The translations under genes were made by a program, and so were the position numbers. DNA of 63,101 nucleotides, counting the filler, from Hausera hauseri (Eukaryota): assembly GCA_046269625.1 (NCBI GenBank). It is 12 parts of 12 records of this genome, joined end to end, with 100 filler letters (N's around TTAATTAATTAA, not from the genome) between each part and the next. Parts side by side here need not be neighbours in the genome. Positions count along the whole stretch, not along the records: positions 12,904 to 17,268 come from JBJURY010615776.1; positions 17,369 to 24,656 come from JBJURY010024564.1; positions 24,757 to 29,019 come from JBJURY010669551.1; 9 more parts are not named here. One strand, written 5' to 3'. The notes under the pieces are model-generated. The model was not told the DNA's origin. It did no database searches and was given only the letters and a program-made list of their open reading frames with translations. Of this stretch, positions 13,764-27,161 are shown one piece after another (position 1 is the first letter of the stretch; each line of letters opens with the position of its first letter).

Positions 13764-14950
13764 TTAATCCTTAACAGCTCACTAGTGTCCAACGGATAGA
13801 TTTTCAAATTGACTTGCTTACCGAATCAAGAATATATTTTATAAAGAAATCGTTTTATATATTCTCCCACGGTTTGAACTCCACAATAAAGTAAATGTTT
13901 CTACAAGCACATTGTTTTCGATTAATTCAACAATGTTTTGAAAAGGCGTCATAACAACCCAGATATGTCCGTAAGACACTAGAAATTTATTAAAGTTTTC
14001 AAGTTTGAACCTGTTGAAACTTCCATGTAATCTGGTTTCTGAATAAACTGTTGCAGTTATTGTTCATATCAGTACATATCGTTAGTACATATCATTGCAT
14101 GTATTTTAGTTTGCGTCATTGTAATCCTGTTTTTTTGAAATAGCTAAGGATTTGACTGATGAAGATATCCGACATGCTTTACAAGAGATTGATGAAAATT
14201 ATGTTTCAATTCAAAATGATACTGAAGATGAATATTTCGGTCCAGATATTGTTTCTGACAATGAAAGCAATTTTACGGAAACAGCATCAGCATATGATGA
14301 GCAATTGTGCAACAATGACGAAAATACAGTTAATGACGAAGTGAATAATCCTAGTAATTCAGTTATTGAATATATTAGTAAAGATGAAACTGTATGGAAA
14401 ACAGAACCGGATAAAACAGGAAGGACTAAACTGCATAATACAGTAACTAGCAGTAATAATAAAGTTGTTCTTCCACCAGGAAAATTATCTACGATCCCAT
14501 CGACAGATTCAATTTATCTTTTGACAACCCTACTTTGGAACTTATCATGAAGAACACTAACTCCGAGGCTAAGAGGATCTTACAAAATAAATGGAAACCA
14601 GTGGACATAATAGTTACAAGTATTCTTAGGTTTATTATTGACTACTGCTGTCGATAAACAGAGCAAAGTGGACTTTAGAGAGACTGGGATCCAATATTTG
14701 GCAACCATATATTTCGTGCCACTATGGGAAAAAATAGATTCGCAGTTATTCAACGCTTCTTAAGATTTGATAATAAAGATACTAGGACTCACAGAAAATC
14801 AAAGGATAAATTTGCAGCTATCAGGGAATTGTGGAAAAATGTAAATCACAAATTACAGAAATTTTATTTACCAGGAGAAAACATTACAATAGACGAGCAA
14901 CTGATACTATTTCGAGGGCGAGTATCGTTCAAACCATACTTACCGAGTGG
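13764..14950 (+). mobile_element. piggyBac (PGBD4-like) transposon, 3'-truncated
   Basis: TTAA-flanked start, acidic N-terminus, MGKNRF..FLRFD, DKFAAIRELW, TIDEQLILFRGR, YLPS. Confidence 0.88.
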
Positions 14951-15002
14951 ATTTTCGATAAGACAAGTTATCCTTTGTCTAGAATTCCATGCCGCGGCAA
15001 TA

Positions 15003-17268
15003 GAGTGCCACTTATTTACATTGAAATATTAAAATTGTAATTTTCTTAGGTCTTACCCTCCTTATTTGTTCCATTTGATGAAAAAACACTAAATATGAAG
15101 TTTGAGAAGTAAATTTTAATATTTAGGGGTAGCTCAATCAACAAAAGGTTGTTAAAATTATGAAATTCCGACAAAAAATGAATTATGCAATTACTTGACA
15201 GCAATACAAATTATCCGACTGACAATAGACAAACACTTTGACTCAAAGTACATTTATTAGATGTATATGTATCAGTGTAACAGAAAAAATATCAGTCTTT
15301 CTTTTCAAGAGTATCAAACAGTCATTTTTTACTATTAGGGTACATTCTACGATGATCCTCTACATTTTGTAATAAGGATTGTAGTTGCATTTCATCATTG
15401 GTCATACGTCCACTGTACTCCTGAATGAGTGCCGCTGAACGTTCAGCATGATCATTCACTACATTAAGAGCTTTAATTGTTTCGCTAGCTTCTTTATAGT
15501 CATCTCTTGCCTCCAACGATGGTGGATCAACAGAAAGATAACTTACCAGAAGGTCTAACATTTGTAACAGTGACATGGACTTAGTTGTCACAAAATCTTC
15601 CAAGTTTTTGTTTTCAAATAATTGAAGGTCAATCGTCTTTTCCTTAAAGCAGCTTTGTTTGGCTTGTTTATCCAGGGCACTTATCATATATCTTTTTGTA
15701 GACACACTTTCACGACTATCGAAAAAAGCCAAAGAAACTAGTTCTTCGGTTAGATACCATAGATGTTTTGAAAGTTTCTTTACTACTGCCTTTGAGATAC
15801 TTGGATGAATAGTAGAATACTTGATCAACGATTTCATAAGCAACAAATCATTGTATGGAGCATTTAAAGCCTCGGATGCAGAGATCCTAGCTTTCATGTA
15901 TACACGAACAATGAAAATACACACATCGGTTAAACCTTTCTCTTCTTTGGGTGTAAGCATAAACTGAAATTTGAACATCCAGATCTTTAAACTATAAATA
16001 CATTTAGACATCCCGCGAGCATTGTGCATGGCTTTAGGTGACTTAAATCTCACACCTCTTTCAGGCGAGGTTCCAAGAAAAATAAGGACAAGTTCTACAA
16101 ATTCCTGATAATCTCCTCTCAGTTGACTGTGAGACTCTTCGAGGTACTTCATTCCAAACTTAATGGCATCATATTTTATATCCTTTTCAAGTTCAGAACG
16201 TGTTAATTGAACTTACCGTTTCGTGCTTGTTGGTGTCAATGAATTTCCAACAATCTTTGAAACGTTTGAATAGTGGAACTTCAGAAGATGTGGCTCCAAT
16301 GCACGCTTCAAACACTGAACCTATGGTCAATTCCACCACATAGTGCCTGCATGCTAAAGCCAAGAGTTTCTTTTCAAGCTTTTCTCTAATAGAACACATG
16401 CGCCAGCATTACGGCCAGTATTTGTACTAATTGTGTCAAAACACAGATCGGATGTTGTTTGATATGCCCTAGTCTTCAATGGCTTCAAAAACTGCTGCAG
16501 CTTGTGCCTCTCTTGTTCCAGATGGAAGCTTGGCAACGACCAGTAGCTGGGAAATTCCTTTTCCAGAAACTAGTAGAGGCAGGCGATCCACTATATCTTT
16601 TCCATTAAGGTCAGGAATTAATTGTCTGTCCCATTAAATAACAAGAGGTTGAAAATGAGCCTTTATGTCGGTTATTTTCTGAGCTCTTTGCTCCATCCAT
16701 TGCCAGCGAATTGACTCTCTAATTATTGTGAATTCATCAAAATTTAATCCAAAGCTTTTGGTGGTTTCCGCTATAACATAAACAGCCTTTCGATTTGACA
16801 CTTTTGTTCGATCCTAAGCCGTTGCAAGTTGTGGTGTAACTACAGTTTTTCGTCCCCGTTTTCTTTTCTGTCCCTTAGGTGATTTTTTGTTGGTTTTCAC
16901 CTCTTTTCCACTTACGTTTGTTGTGCTTGTGTTGCCATCAGATTCAGTATAAGTAGATGATTCAAGTTCAATTATAATAGAATCTGTCAACTGTCTAACT
17001 TTCTCTGTCAACTTTCGGGTGTTTACTTTTACTTCCCTTTGAAGACGCTTTTTCTCTCTGAGAGCGAGTATATTATCAACACCTATCATTGATCCACATC
17101 TACCTTTTTCCCGTTGTGCTATTAGAAAGTACTTGTCTTCTTGCAACATCAAAAATATCTTCTAATTCGGAAACAAAAGCTGACTCTTTACCTTGCTGCG
17201 TTGATGAAATTCTACCGTTGTTTTTCTTCAAAAGTCGCCACTCGTCGAATAACTTTTCAAGTTTCATT
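15003..17268 (-). mobile_element. DDE DNA transposon, probably Sola2-type, degenerate
   Basis: DRLP, CFDTISTNTG..GAC, LACRH, AMHNAR, HLWYL, VVNDHAER motifs; GAGTG terminus at ~15003. Confidence 0.7.
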
Positions 17269-17368
17269 NNNNNNNNNNNNNNNNNNNNNNNNNNNNNNNN
17301 NNNNNNNNNNNNTTAATTAATTAANNNNNNNNNNNNNNNNNNNNNNNNNNNNNNNNNNNNNNNNNNNN

Positions 17369-17490
17369 CCATCTAATATTTGACTAATTGTGTTTTGTTG
17401 ATGTTTTGTCTATGTAATAAATATCCATCTAATATTTGACTAATTTTGTTTTGTTGATGTTTTGTCGACCTAATAAATATCCATCTAATG
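17369..17490 (+). repeat. 56-bp tandem repeat (~2.2 copies)
   Basis: CCATCTAATATTTGACTAATT..TAATAAATAT repeated. Confidence 0.85.
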
Positions 17491-17574
17491 TTCGTCTGGT
17501 GTAAAGCCATGTTTAAGGAAAAATTGACAGTTTTTTGTATTAAATCAGTGTTTAGTAGAACTTTCCTTGAACAG

Positions 17575-17828
17575 AGCAGTTTCGAAACGAATTTCAGCGG
17601 AGATGATTAGGATCATTGAAAAGTTCAGCAATGAAATTTTTGCGCCAAGGTTCTGACTTTCTGTTTGTGTGTGTGTGTGTGATACTCGTGTGATGATGTG
17701 TATTCATAATTTTATGGTATTGTATTCAATAATATTAATGCACACTAACTAATCATCAATACACACCAACACATAATTATCACACAGTAAGTCCGAACTT
17801 CGGCTGAGGTTTGTTTCGAAACTGTCCT
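17575..17828. repeat. Imperfect inverted repeat / MITE-like foldback
   Basis: CAGTTTCGAAAC ... GTTTCGAAACTG outer arms; inner GTTCTGACTT / AAGTCCGAAC arms. Confidence 0.6.
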
Positions 17829-17984
17829 CGTGGCTTATTCAAAATTGTGAAATTACGTACTGTTGTTTCGGTGTGAAAATTTTCATTGATTTTCGATTAT
17901 TTCTAAAAAAGAATACACTTAAGAAAAGTTTGTGTGTATTCTAATTGGATACAAAGGGGGAGGGAAAGAATTTTGTCAGCATAC

Positions 17985-18082
17985 TTCATTCAATCTGTTT
18001 AGAGCCCGTAACAACAGTTTTGAATTTGCTGAATATGGGTTTGTATAGAAATTGCTGTTAAGGACTAGACAGATTGAATGAA
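17985..18082. repeat. Short foldback hairpin
   Basis: TTCATTCAATCTGTTTAG ... CTAGACAGATTGAATGAA. Confidence 0.7.
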
Positions 18083-18576
18083 ACTTACTGTAAATTATGA
18101 AACGCCATTCGATACCAAAATGAAATGAATTTAGACGCCAGCGTATTACAAAAACGATTTCGAGAATTAACTGCCAATTACGTTGACAATAGAAGAGAAT
18201 CTGAGGTATTTGATGAGCATGTGATGAAATTGCTGTCAGATTACAGCGAATTGGTTATTTTGATCTGTGGTAAATAAGATAGATAAATGGCAGTTGTAGA
18301 TGGAAACAATGAATCTGATGGTTGTTGAATGGCACCAGAAAGTCTCGGCAAAAGAGCGAGACAGATCGTAATGATTGACGATTGTTGGTGACGTACGAGA
18401 GATACAATTTGGTGTTTATGTGCTAATAAATATTATGTGAGACTTGTGTTTTTATATGGTTCAATAAATTTAAAGTTACGTGGAGTAGTTGATGAGTTCT
18501 CGACCTCGGTGTTCGTTATGAGTCACAAAGGAAAGTAACAGGTTCAATGGTGGAAGTGTATGGAAATAGTGATTAA

Positions 18577-19620
18577 TACCGTGTTTTCCTTATTTGAAGG
18601 CACTGCCTTGTATTGAATTTTTTTTACAAATCTAATCTCAAGTCGTTATTTGCAATGGGTAGAAAATAAAATTTTTGATGTTGAATTTTAAAAGTGAAAG
18701 TAGATTGTAAATCATGTTTAGAAAACCTTTAGTCATCAATCATAAATATTTCACCCTCCATTTCATTATTTTCCACAGCATTTTCAATTGCGGCAGCTTC
18801 GAACATTGGGCCAAAATTTTCATGTTTCATGATGAAGGATTCATTCCAAGTATTTCCAGAGTTTAGGTAAGATGTTATCAAGGCATTTGTGACTGTTTGT
18901 GAAGCAATCTTCTCCCATGCATTTCTGACCCAACCAACGACTTCTAATTTCGGCTTTAAAATTATGCCATGCGCATTTCGTTTTATTCTGTTAGCAAGAT
19001 AGTCATTATCTCCTTCATCAGAAAAATTTAAAAGGCCTATTGATCGCCAAATCGAGACTTTGAAGATAACTTGTCATTCCAGAGGAATAACAACTGTATC
19101 AGTTTTGCATCTAACCAAAAATTCTTTCATTGCCTAGACACAATGAGTCGATGCTGAATCCCAAACTAATAATTTTCACGAACGTTCAAAGAAATTGACT
19201 GAAAAGTTCTTTTTAGTTCACGTCTTGCGTTGACCATGATTTTTTTCTGATTCAATAATATCAACGCCATTGTTAGTCTTTAACATGCCAGTTTTGCCTT
19301 TAACTACTAATAGAGGACTTAGTTTTGTTCCATTTCGATTTATGGCTAAAATGCAAGTAACTGCAGGATTCGTCGTATACTGAAGTCTCATCGATACAAA
19401 TTACATTTTTATTCTCATATGAATCTAAACAGATGTCATCAATATACCATCTGTAATTCATAGCTCGTTTTACTACTTCTTCATCGGGAATTTTGAACAA
19501 GGTAGTTGAATGGCGTAAAGAAAGATGAAATCTATTCGTGAAATTTTGAAGCCAATGACCACGAGCTGAAAATTTTTCAATATTTTCAGCCTCAGCCAAG
19601 GTTTTGACAAACAACTGAAT
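18577..19620 (-). mobile_element. pogo/Tigger-family (DDE_1) transposon remnant
   Basis: CENP-B-type HTH (FSARGHWLQNFTNRFHLSLR), IDET, LVWDSASTH; TACCGTGTTTTCC terminus. Confidence 0.85.
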
Positions 19621-20562
19621 TTCTTTTCTCTTAACATTCGAACTTTAAATCCTCTTATCAACAATCATATCAAAAATAATGTCCGCTAAATATCCATCAT
19701 TGCAATATATAATTAATTATCACATCGATGAATATCCTTTTGGATTGACCAAACTTATAGTAAATAAGAGTTGTTTATCTTCTGTATAGATGAATCGGAC
19801 GCCATAACGAATTACAAGTTACAGGAGTAAATGGATGAAGAAACCAACCTGAGACTGGTATCAGGAACATTCGGAATATTGTAATGGAATGACAGGTGCA
19901 GGTTGACTTCGGTTACCGAACCTCCACTCGAATTCACCACCTGCAGATATTCCCTAGTCGCCCCTCATCCCACTCAATCAATCTTATTTTATATGTTAGA
20001 CCTTCAGACTGCACCAATATACCTACTCATCCGAAGATATAATTGGATATTTTTATATGTTGGCCTGATAACCCAATTAATCAATGAATCACCCAACACA
20101 AAAAAGATTTCAAAATTTTATTCAATATGGTTAATAGAATATGAAAGTTTTTCCTTTTAATAAAACAACCACTAAAACCATTTAGATAAATCAATGACTG
20201 TATTATATGGTCAATCCCCAATATTGCCTTAATTTCCGGACATTGTCATGTAAAATGATCAAAATGGCCTGGTATCAAAATATCTGAGTAATTTAATAAT
20301 TACAAATAGTGAAACAAACTGGGGAATTGATTGCAGGTAGGCGGCAACGAAATAGTTGTCCAGTATGATTTGTTAATTACAAATATTCAAACATTGTATT
20401 GGAATTCGTCAACGTAATTTCGTAATGTATTCTGAATTTTGAACAAAATGGAGCAAAACTCGTAAATGTGGGCAGATCGGTTGTTCGGCAAAAGTAACAT
20501 AGCTACAATAAAAAGTTAAAGCTTTCGAATTAATTATTTATACATGAAAATTTAGATCGTAT

Positions 20563-21816
20563 TGTAACAGTCAAAATATTAGTGTTGTAGATGTAGATGT
20601 TGAAGATGTAAAGTAGGTGTAATTGTTAAAATGGTTATTGAATACAAGATTTTTGATTAAGTAGAACGAAAAATAAATGTCAAAGAAATATGTTTGAACA
20701 ATATGTTAGACAGATAACCTTTGAAAAACATAATAGTAACAATAAAGTTTAAGTTAACCTTTCAAATAACAATAGAAAAATATTAAGAAGACCCACCATT
20801 AGTTACTATAAAAGTAACTATTGAGTGATCATCACACAAACCCTCACAAATTGTCACATAAACCCTTACAAATCGTCAGCAAAACATCAAGATCATAATG
20901 CGTGATAGGCGTGATCACGTCAACAGAACAAAAGCAGGTATAAAAACCTTCAACAAATTTACCTTTGACACAACTAAGAAAACGCAGTGACCATAAATCA
21001 AATTATAATTTTTGCGATCAAATTCAGATCAAAATTTTCAGTCTACTGCTGTGATCGTAAAGATTATTTGAAATATTATATTACTTGCTGTTCACTTTCA
21101 AAAGGTTTTTAAACTTCGAGTTTATTTGAAGTGTTCAGCATTCTAAATTTATTCTCGGATCAAGCCAATTTTCTAATAACTGTCTGTATTTGGTTCAAGT
21201 ACTTTCTTTTGTTATTTTATCTATACATTCAGCATTTTTATCAATTTTTACTTGTATTTTTGACAAAGACAAAATTCTCTTGAATTGATATTCAGTTTGA
21301 TTTTCATACGATAAACTGAAAATTTTAAAATTTATATTCCGAAAATTTCAGAAGACTTTTGAGCATAAGTATTATTACCAAATAGAAACCGAATATTTTG
21401 TTTTTTACTTCCATTCATATACTGAATTTAGAGAAGCAATCAAAATATTACCAGAAGAACAGAAAACATTGGCAGTTCGGATAGTTAAATACGAAAGGGC
21501 AATCTATAGAAAGAAAATTTCTATCTGAGTGAGATTTAATTAACTGAAATTTTGTTTTTCGTTCATTACTTCTTTTTAAGTAACCTAAACTCTTCCCATA
21601 AAGTAAATCGTTTGGCAGTCTAGTGCCATTAGACTACGCCATATCAACGAAAATAAATAAAATCAAGAATAATATCAATTAATATCTTTTCTTATTGCGA
21701 TAATTATTCACCTAAATCTTATCAAAACACAAACAGTCATAAAGACAATTGGTGTAAGATTCAGAATAAATAAATCCTGAATTTTACTTTACCAAACCGA
21801 ACCACAACCATTCACA
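20563..21816 (+). mobile_element. Putative 5' LTR of a Gypsy element (3' end firm, 5' end tentative)
   Basis: Ends TTCACA two nt before a perfect PBS; TGTAAC at 20563 is only a candidate start. Confidence 0.5.
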
Positions 21817-21818
21817 TT

Positions 21819-21836
21819 TGGCGCCCGAACAGGGAC
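21819..21836 (+). promoter_or_regulatory. Primer-binding site, tRNA-Lys(UUU)
   Basis: TGGCGCCCGAACAGGGAC, the canonical 18-nt Lys3 PBS. Confidence 0.95.
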
Positions 21837-22109
21837 TGTTTGTGGACTGACAGGTAAAATCTCACCAAGGGTAAAATAACTAAAACATTTTACTCAGAAC
21901 AGCTTAAAAATTCCTCCAAGACAGCCACGTAAATCTAAAGAAGAAGCCTTAAAACGCTTGTCTGTCAATTCCACACGGTTGTTAGATAGACAAAAATCTG
22001 TGGAAAACAAAAATCAAAGTTAAGAGATTTAACAGTAGACATTGAACCATTAAATTTTAATGTAGAAGATTATAGTTTACTAGATAACCAAATATTAGAT
22101 CAAATTGAT

Positions 22110-23640
22110 ATGGCTCAACAACAACAACAACAACAACCACAAATAAATGTAACTGTTTTTGAGTCCTTGAACATATCCAAATACGACGGAGATCTTGCCG
22201 GATAATTAAAATTTCTAAAACTTATCAATTATTAAGTGAAGGTTTAGGCATGGACAATAAAGCTTATATTAGACGTATGCCGTTGTATCTAGACAATGTA
22301 GCATTGGATGTCTTTCAAGAATTAACACGAGATGAAAAAGCTAATTAGAAAAATTAACAGCTGCGCTTATCAAAATGCTAATGCCCACAGTAACTCCCAC
22401 AGCCCAGCTAGCTATATTACAGAAACGTTTTCAGTTACCCGAAGAATGCAACCACATGACCAAATTGCTAAATATCTTAAAAAATAGGGGATGAAATTTA
22501 TATTAGATCAGGATATATTAAAATATAATCAAGAAGGACGACTACTAGTAGTAGTACCAAAATGTCTAAGAAATGCAGTTATGTGGCAAGAACACGATGC
22601 TAATATGGCTGGTCACCCGTCTAGTAGAAAGACAAAGAAAAGAGTAAAGTTGAAATATTATTGGCCAACCTTAGAAGCAGATGTACAGAATTGGGTAGAT
22701 GAATGTAAAATGTGTGCTACTATGAAAAATAAAGGAGAACGCTATAAGCCCCCTTCGAAACTTTTACCTGAACCTAATAGTCCAATGGAATTCTGTGCTA
22801 TGGATTTTTCAGGGCCATTTCCTCTTACACATAATGGAAACAAATTTATTTTATTATGCACCGATTATCTTACGACTTATTCTATCTTAATTCCAACCAA
22901 AGATTTATTAGCCATAACTGTATCCAAAGAATTCATCAATAATATACTTTGTCAATTTGGAGCACCATGCTACCTACTAACAGATAGAGCCCCAAACTTT
23001 AGAAGTCATTTGTTAAAAGAAATAACTGACATATGCCAAACAAAAAGATTACTAACCACAGCATATCCACAATGTAACGGAAAAGTGAAACGACTAAATT
23101 ATACTGGTCAATGTCTCCTATCAACAATGATAGACAAATCTCAGAAAGATTGGGATGAGCATTTAAGAGTGGTCCAATTTGCAATTGCAACCACCCCAAC
23201 ATCTAGTAAGTATACACCATTCGAATTACTTTATGGTAGAAAACCTCTTCTACCATAAGATATACAGCTGTTACCAGAAAAAGATATGCCTATTAATACA
23301 GACGAAGAAGTCACTCATGCAAGCGTAGTACATAGTCTTGCCAATTATTGGATTAAAGCCAAACAGGCTATACCAGAATATAAAGAAACTTATAAAGAAC
23401 AATATGATAAGAAGAGTAAACCTCATAATTTTCAACCAGGTGATAAAATAACGGTACATTATCCGGTTGACAAACCAGGCAAATCTTTAAAGCTAACTCG
23501 CACTAGGAAAGGACCATATCTAGTAGTAAAATCTACCCCAGAAAATGTCTTTATAGAAAAGGGTACTGGCAAGAAAACCAGGATAGAATGTGTATCTGTG
23601 CAGAGGCTAACTAAAGGACCAAAAGAAATCATGGCTCAAG
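22110..23640 (+). mobile_element. Gypsy gag fragment joined directly to integrase (PR-RT-RH deleted)
   Basis: Gag-like MAQQQ..KYDG..PLYLDNVALD; then GHPS..YYWPTL..CKMC, MDFSGPF, TDRAPNF, TPFELLYG, KGPYLV. Confidence 0.9.
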
Positions 23641-24656
23641 AGGAACTCAAGTATTCACTTCGATCATATAAAAAAACAATTATTAAACCAGCTTTTAGTC
23701 TAGAAAAAGTATTATTTATAGTAATAATGTTCGGATTAATTTTATCAACAGTAAGTCAAACATTTGTGACTGAACCAGTAAATGCAAACCTAGAATTAAA
23801 AATAAAATTAGTTTGGAAATACGAACCTGACTTAATTGATGGTTTGCTCGAAGGAGAGCCTGTATTTTCAAAAATATGATATTTACTAATTCCATCTAGT
23901 AAAAAGGAAATATGGTTACTTACAAAAAGGTGTAAAGTACCTCTCTTGAATGAGGTATGTCTACTACAACTTTATTATATTCCAGTAGACGGCTTGTTGA
24001 CCAAACAAGACGAATTTGAACCCATAGCTAGACAAATTCACGTAGAAAAATAGGACATCTTTCTTCTTTACTCAAGATAAAGATACGGAACGTAGACTAA
24101 TACATAAAGTACAACTAAAAAGACCTACATTAAATTTAGACGTCGATCTGCAGATCACATATTTCCCAAAGTTCCTTATACATATATCAGGTAAGGAAGC
24201 TCTGCACATTCATGTACATATGTCAATTCCGCACTTTTTTGAAATTATAATACCAACAACTAGTTCAATTGCAAGCACCGGACCTACAGTCGCAATAAAT
24301 AAGAAAACCTTATGGCTTAAACCTCAAGTCGTTCACAAATTACCATCATTCTCAAATATAATTAGAGATACGTACATCGAATTTAAGAATCTAATTCCAG
24401 CCTCTCAACTAATAATGATATCATGTATAGGAAAGTACCATATTATATATTCAATTATTAAAGAGAAGGAGAGAACTACAAGATGTTCTAACCTTCAATC
24501 AGATGAAGAATACTTAATAATCTTTGCACAAGGAAAACAAACAACACATAATAAAATTAGAACACATACAAAAATCCATTCAGTCAAAAATATGCAACTT
24601 CAGCTAATATATCAAACAACAACAGATAGGGGATACTATATATGACCCAAAACCGT
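23640..24656 (+). pseudogene. Env-position ORF downstream of integrase, with a signal-peptide-like start
   Basis: KVLFIVIMFGLILSTVSQ is in frame with integrase; coding continues through stops and a frameshift to ORF 24220..24645. Confidence 0.5.
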
Positions 24657-24892
24657 NNNNNNNNNNNNNNNNNNNNNNNNNNNNNNNNNNNNNNNNNNNN
24701 TTAATTAATTAANNNNNNNNNNNNNNNNNNNNNNNNNNNNNNNNNNNNNNNNNNNNTGTCTTTGGCATATTCGCCAATTTCACGCAATAAATGCTTTACC
24801 AGTTCCCGCTTGTGATCCAGTGAAAAACTCCCGTGAATACTTTCATTACTTCTACTATCAATGTAGCGTTTGGCGTAAATTTTACTTTTAGC

Positions 24893-25156
24893 TTAAACTA
24901 CACAATCTATCAGTTGCTTTGCTGCTAAAGACGGTGTTAGATTGTTAAGGTCAACACGCCCCGATCGACGACAAACTGGACAAGAAAACTGGTTATTATT
25001 ACATCCTGATATCCGACTGACACAATTCTGTATACAAATCAAACAGAACGCATGACCACACGGCAAGATTCGTGGATCTTCCATCATTCCCAAATGAATA
25101 GGACATGTTACTAATTCTTCTAACTTTGCTGGTGATAAACTATCATACCTCTTCAT
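24893..25156 (-). CDS. RING-HC domain (TRIM-like N-terminus), first exon or fragment
   Basis: LVTCPIH..DPRILPCGHAFCLICI..FSCPVCR. Confidence 0.8.
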   Translation of the reverse strand: MKRYDSLSPAKLEELVTCPIHLGMMEDPRILPCGHAFCLICIQNCVSRISGCNNNQFSCPVCRRSGRVDLNNLTPSLAAKQLIDCVV

Positions 25157-27161
25157 ATGACAATCTGAAAATGTTTTTCCTCCGTATTTACTTTCCTAAT
25201 TTCAATTGCAAAATTAAATCAAAAATGAACTAACTTACACTTTATATCGATATTGTTTATCCAAAACAATTTCGTTGCTTATAACTAACATCTACTTCTG
25301 CCGTAGTCATACAAGTAAAGATATAAATTTCACCTTTTAATTCCTAATAGAAAATTTTAGATCTGATAAATAAAAAAAATAAATAGTTATTCTGAAATAA
25401 TGAGTAATCGACTCGTGTAACGTTAATTTTATTGACTCATTTTGATGCTTGTGTGCGACTAAATTTACAAATTGAAATTAACCAATGAAATTGCACTTAC
25501 AAAAATTCTCTACACTACTTTCAATGCGGTTGCAATGTTACTTTCTTAAGTGCATTTCTGTCAGGCGTGATCTTAATCAATACAACATGTGACCTTGGAA
25601 AGTTAATTGTACACATTAATGCCATTTTGTCAATTTGTATCAATTTTGTACGAATCTGCGAATAATCTCCGAAATAAGTAGGTATTACCGAATTAAATCA
25701 TCATGGTTTCAAATGATTTAACAACTGATACGAATGGTACTTGTACATAATGTCCGCAATGAATATCATATTTTCAGATTTCAAAAATGTTCCACAATAT
25801 CTTGACAAATTTAATCATACGACGAGTCTAACTTGTAATATGCTTTTATGTTAAAATAGATGATGACGAGTTAGTAAGGTTTGTCATTGACATTTGTGCA
25901 ACAATGAATAATTTGCAATTTCACAACTAATAGATCAATACAAAATTTTATGTTTATCAAAAAAATTGAACTTTCTTCAAATAAATTTGAGGTGAATGAA
26001 TTTTGCAACCTGCCAAAAACCCATCGAAATTTGAGAACATTATTCAATTATCACAAAATATTTTGCACAGTAACTTAAATCCTTGAATAATTCTCAATTT
26101 TTAGAAGGATTGATCAAATTTTCAATTTTAATAATCGAAAAATATTTCCAATATTATAAATGTGGAATATTTGTAAAATTTCACAGCAAAATATTTATTT
26201 ATTCACAGCAATTTTCTAACTAACATGAGAAGTAATTGAATCATTGAAATCCACAAAGAAACCAGATAAAACAACACTGTTACTGGGATATTATCAAGTG
26301 CACACAGACAAAACTAATTGATAATAAATTTTTCAAATATTTCAATTAGTTTTTATGAATTTACAAAATTTTTACATTTACAATTTGAACGTTCATTATT
26401 TTGAAATATTATTCGTTAGTCACAATTTTATGAAAATTATAAAACTCATTTAAAACAGGTGCATAGAAAATTGAATAATTTCTAAAATAAAATTAGCCAT
26501 GTTTGTGACCATTTTGTACTTGTGAATGATTCATCATTTAAAATGAATTGACAAAATATTTTTATTCATTGATATAGAAATGTAAGTTTTCATAATAAAA
26601 TATTGATAAATTGTGAATATTTGTTAATGGAATTTTAACGAGACAAATTCACTACGTAATATTTGTTGAGTGAGATAAAATTTTAATCATCACCATACCT
26701 TTTTGTAAATTGGCTTTAATACTTTTTTACATTTAATGATCTTGTACAATTTCTGCAGTTTGTATTACATCATTCATCGGTACTCATAAAACTATTGAAT
26801 TTGAAACTTTCCTTCTACTAAATTTATCGAATTTCTCATTCTATGAAAATTTAATACATTTCATCATATTTCTCGTAAATTTTTTATTGTCATTTAAAAA
26901 TTCAGACAAATTGAAATTTCGTAATTTTTATTGGTTGGGAACGATTTCCGTAAATTTTGTATTTATCAATTTGATAAAAAAGAAATTTAGTTTTATTTTT
27001 CATTTTTGTAAATTTTTGAAACAATGCTTAAACGAAAACTCGCTCAATATTCATCAAGGTACACAAATGATAACGACTAAATTTTACCATTGTGTCTATT
27101 CAGTTTCAATGATGAGTATTCATATTTAAAGTCGGTGAAAAACCGAATTTCCAATTTAAAA

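Noticed and set aside
25200-27100. Long AT-rich stretch and short ORFs between the RING exon and cdc25
   Set aside because: Ordinary divergent intergenic DNA; no structure recognised.
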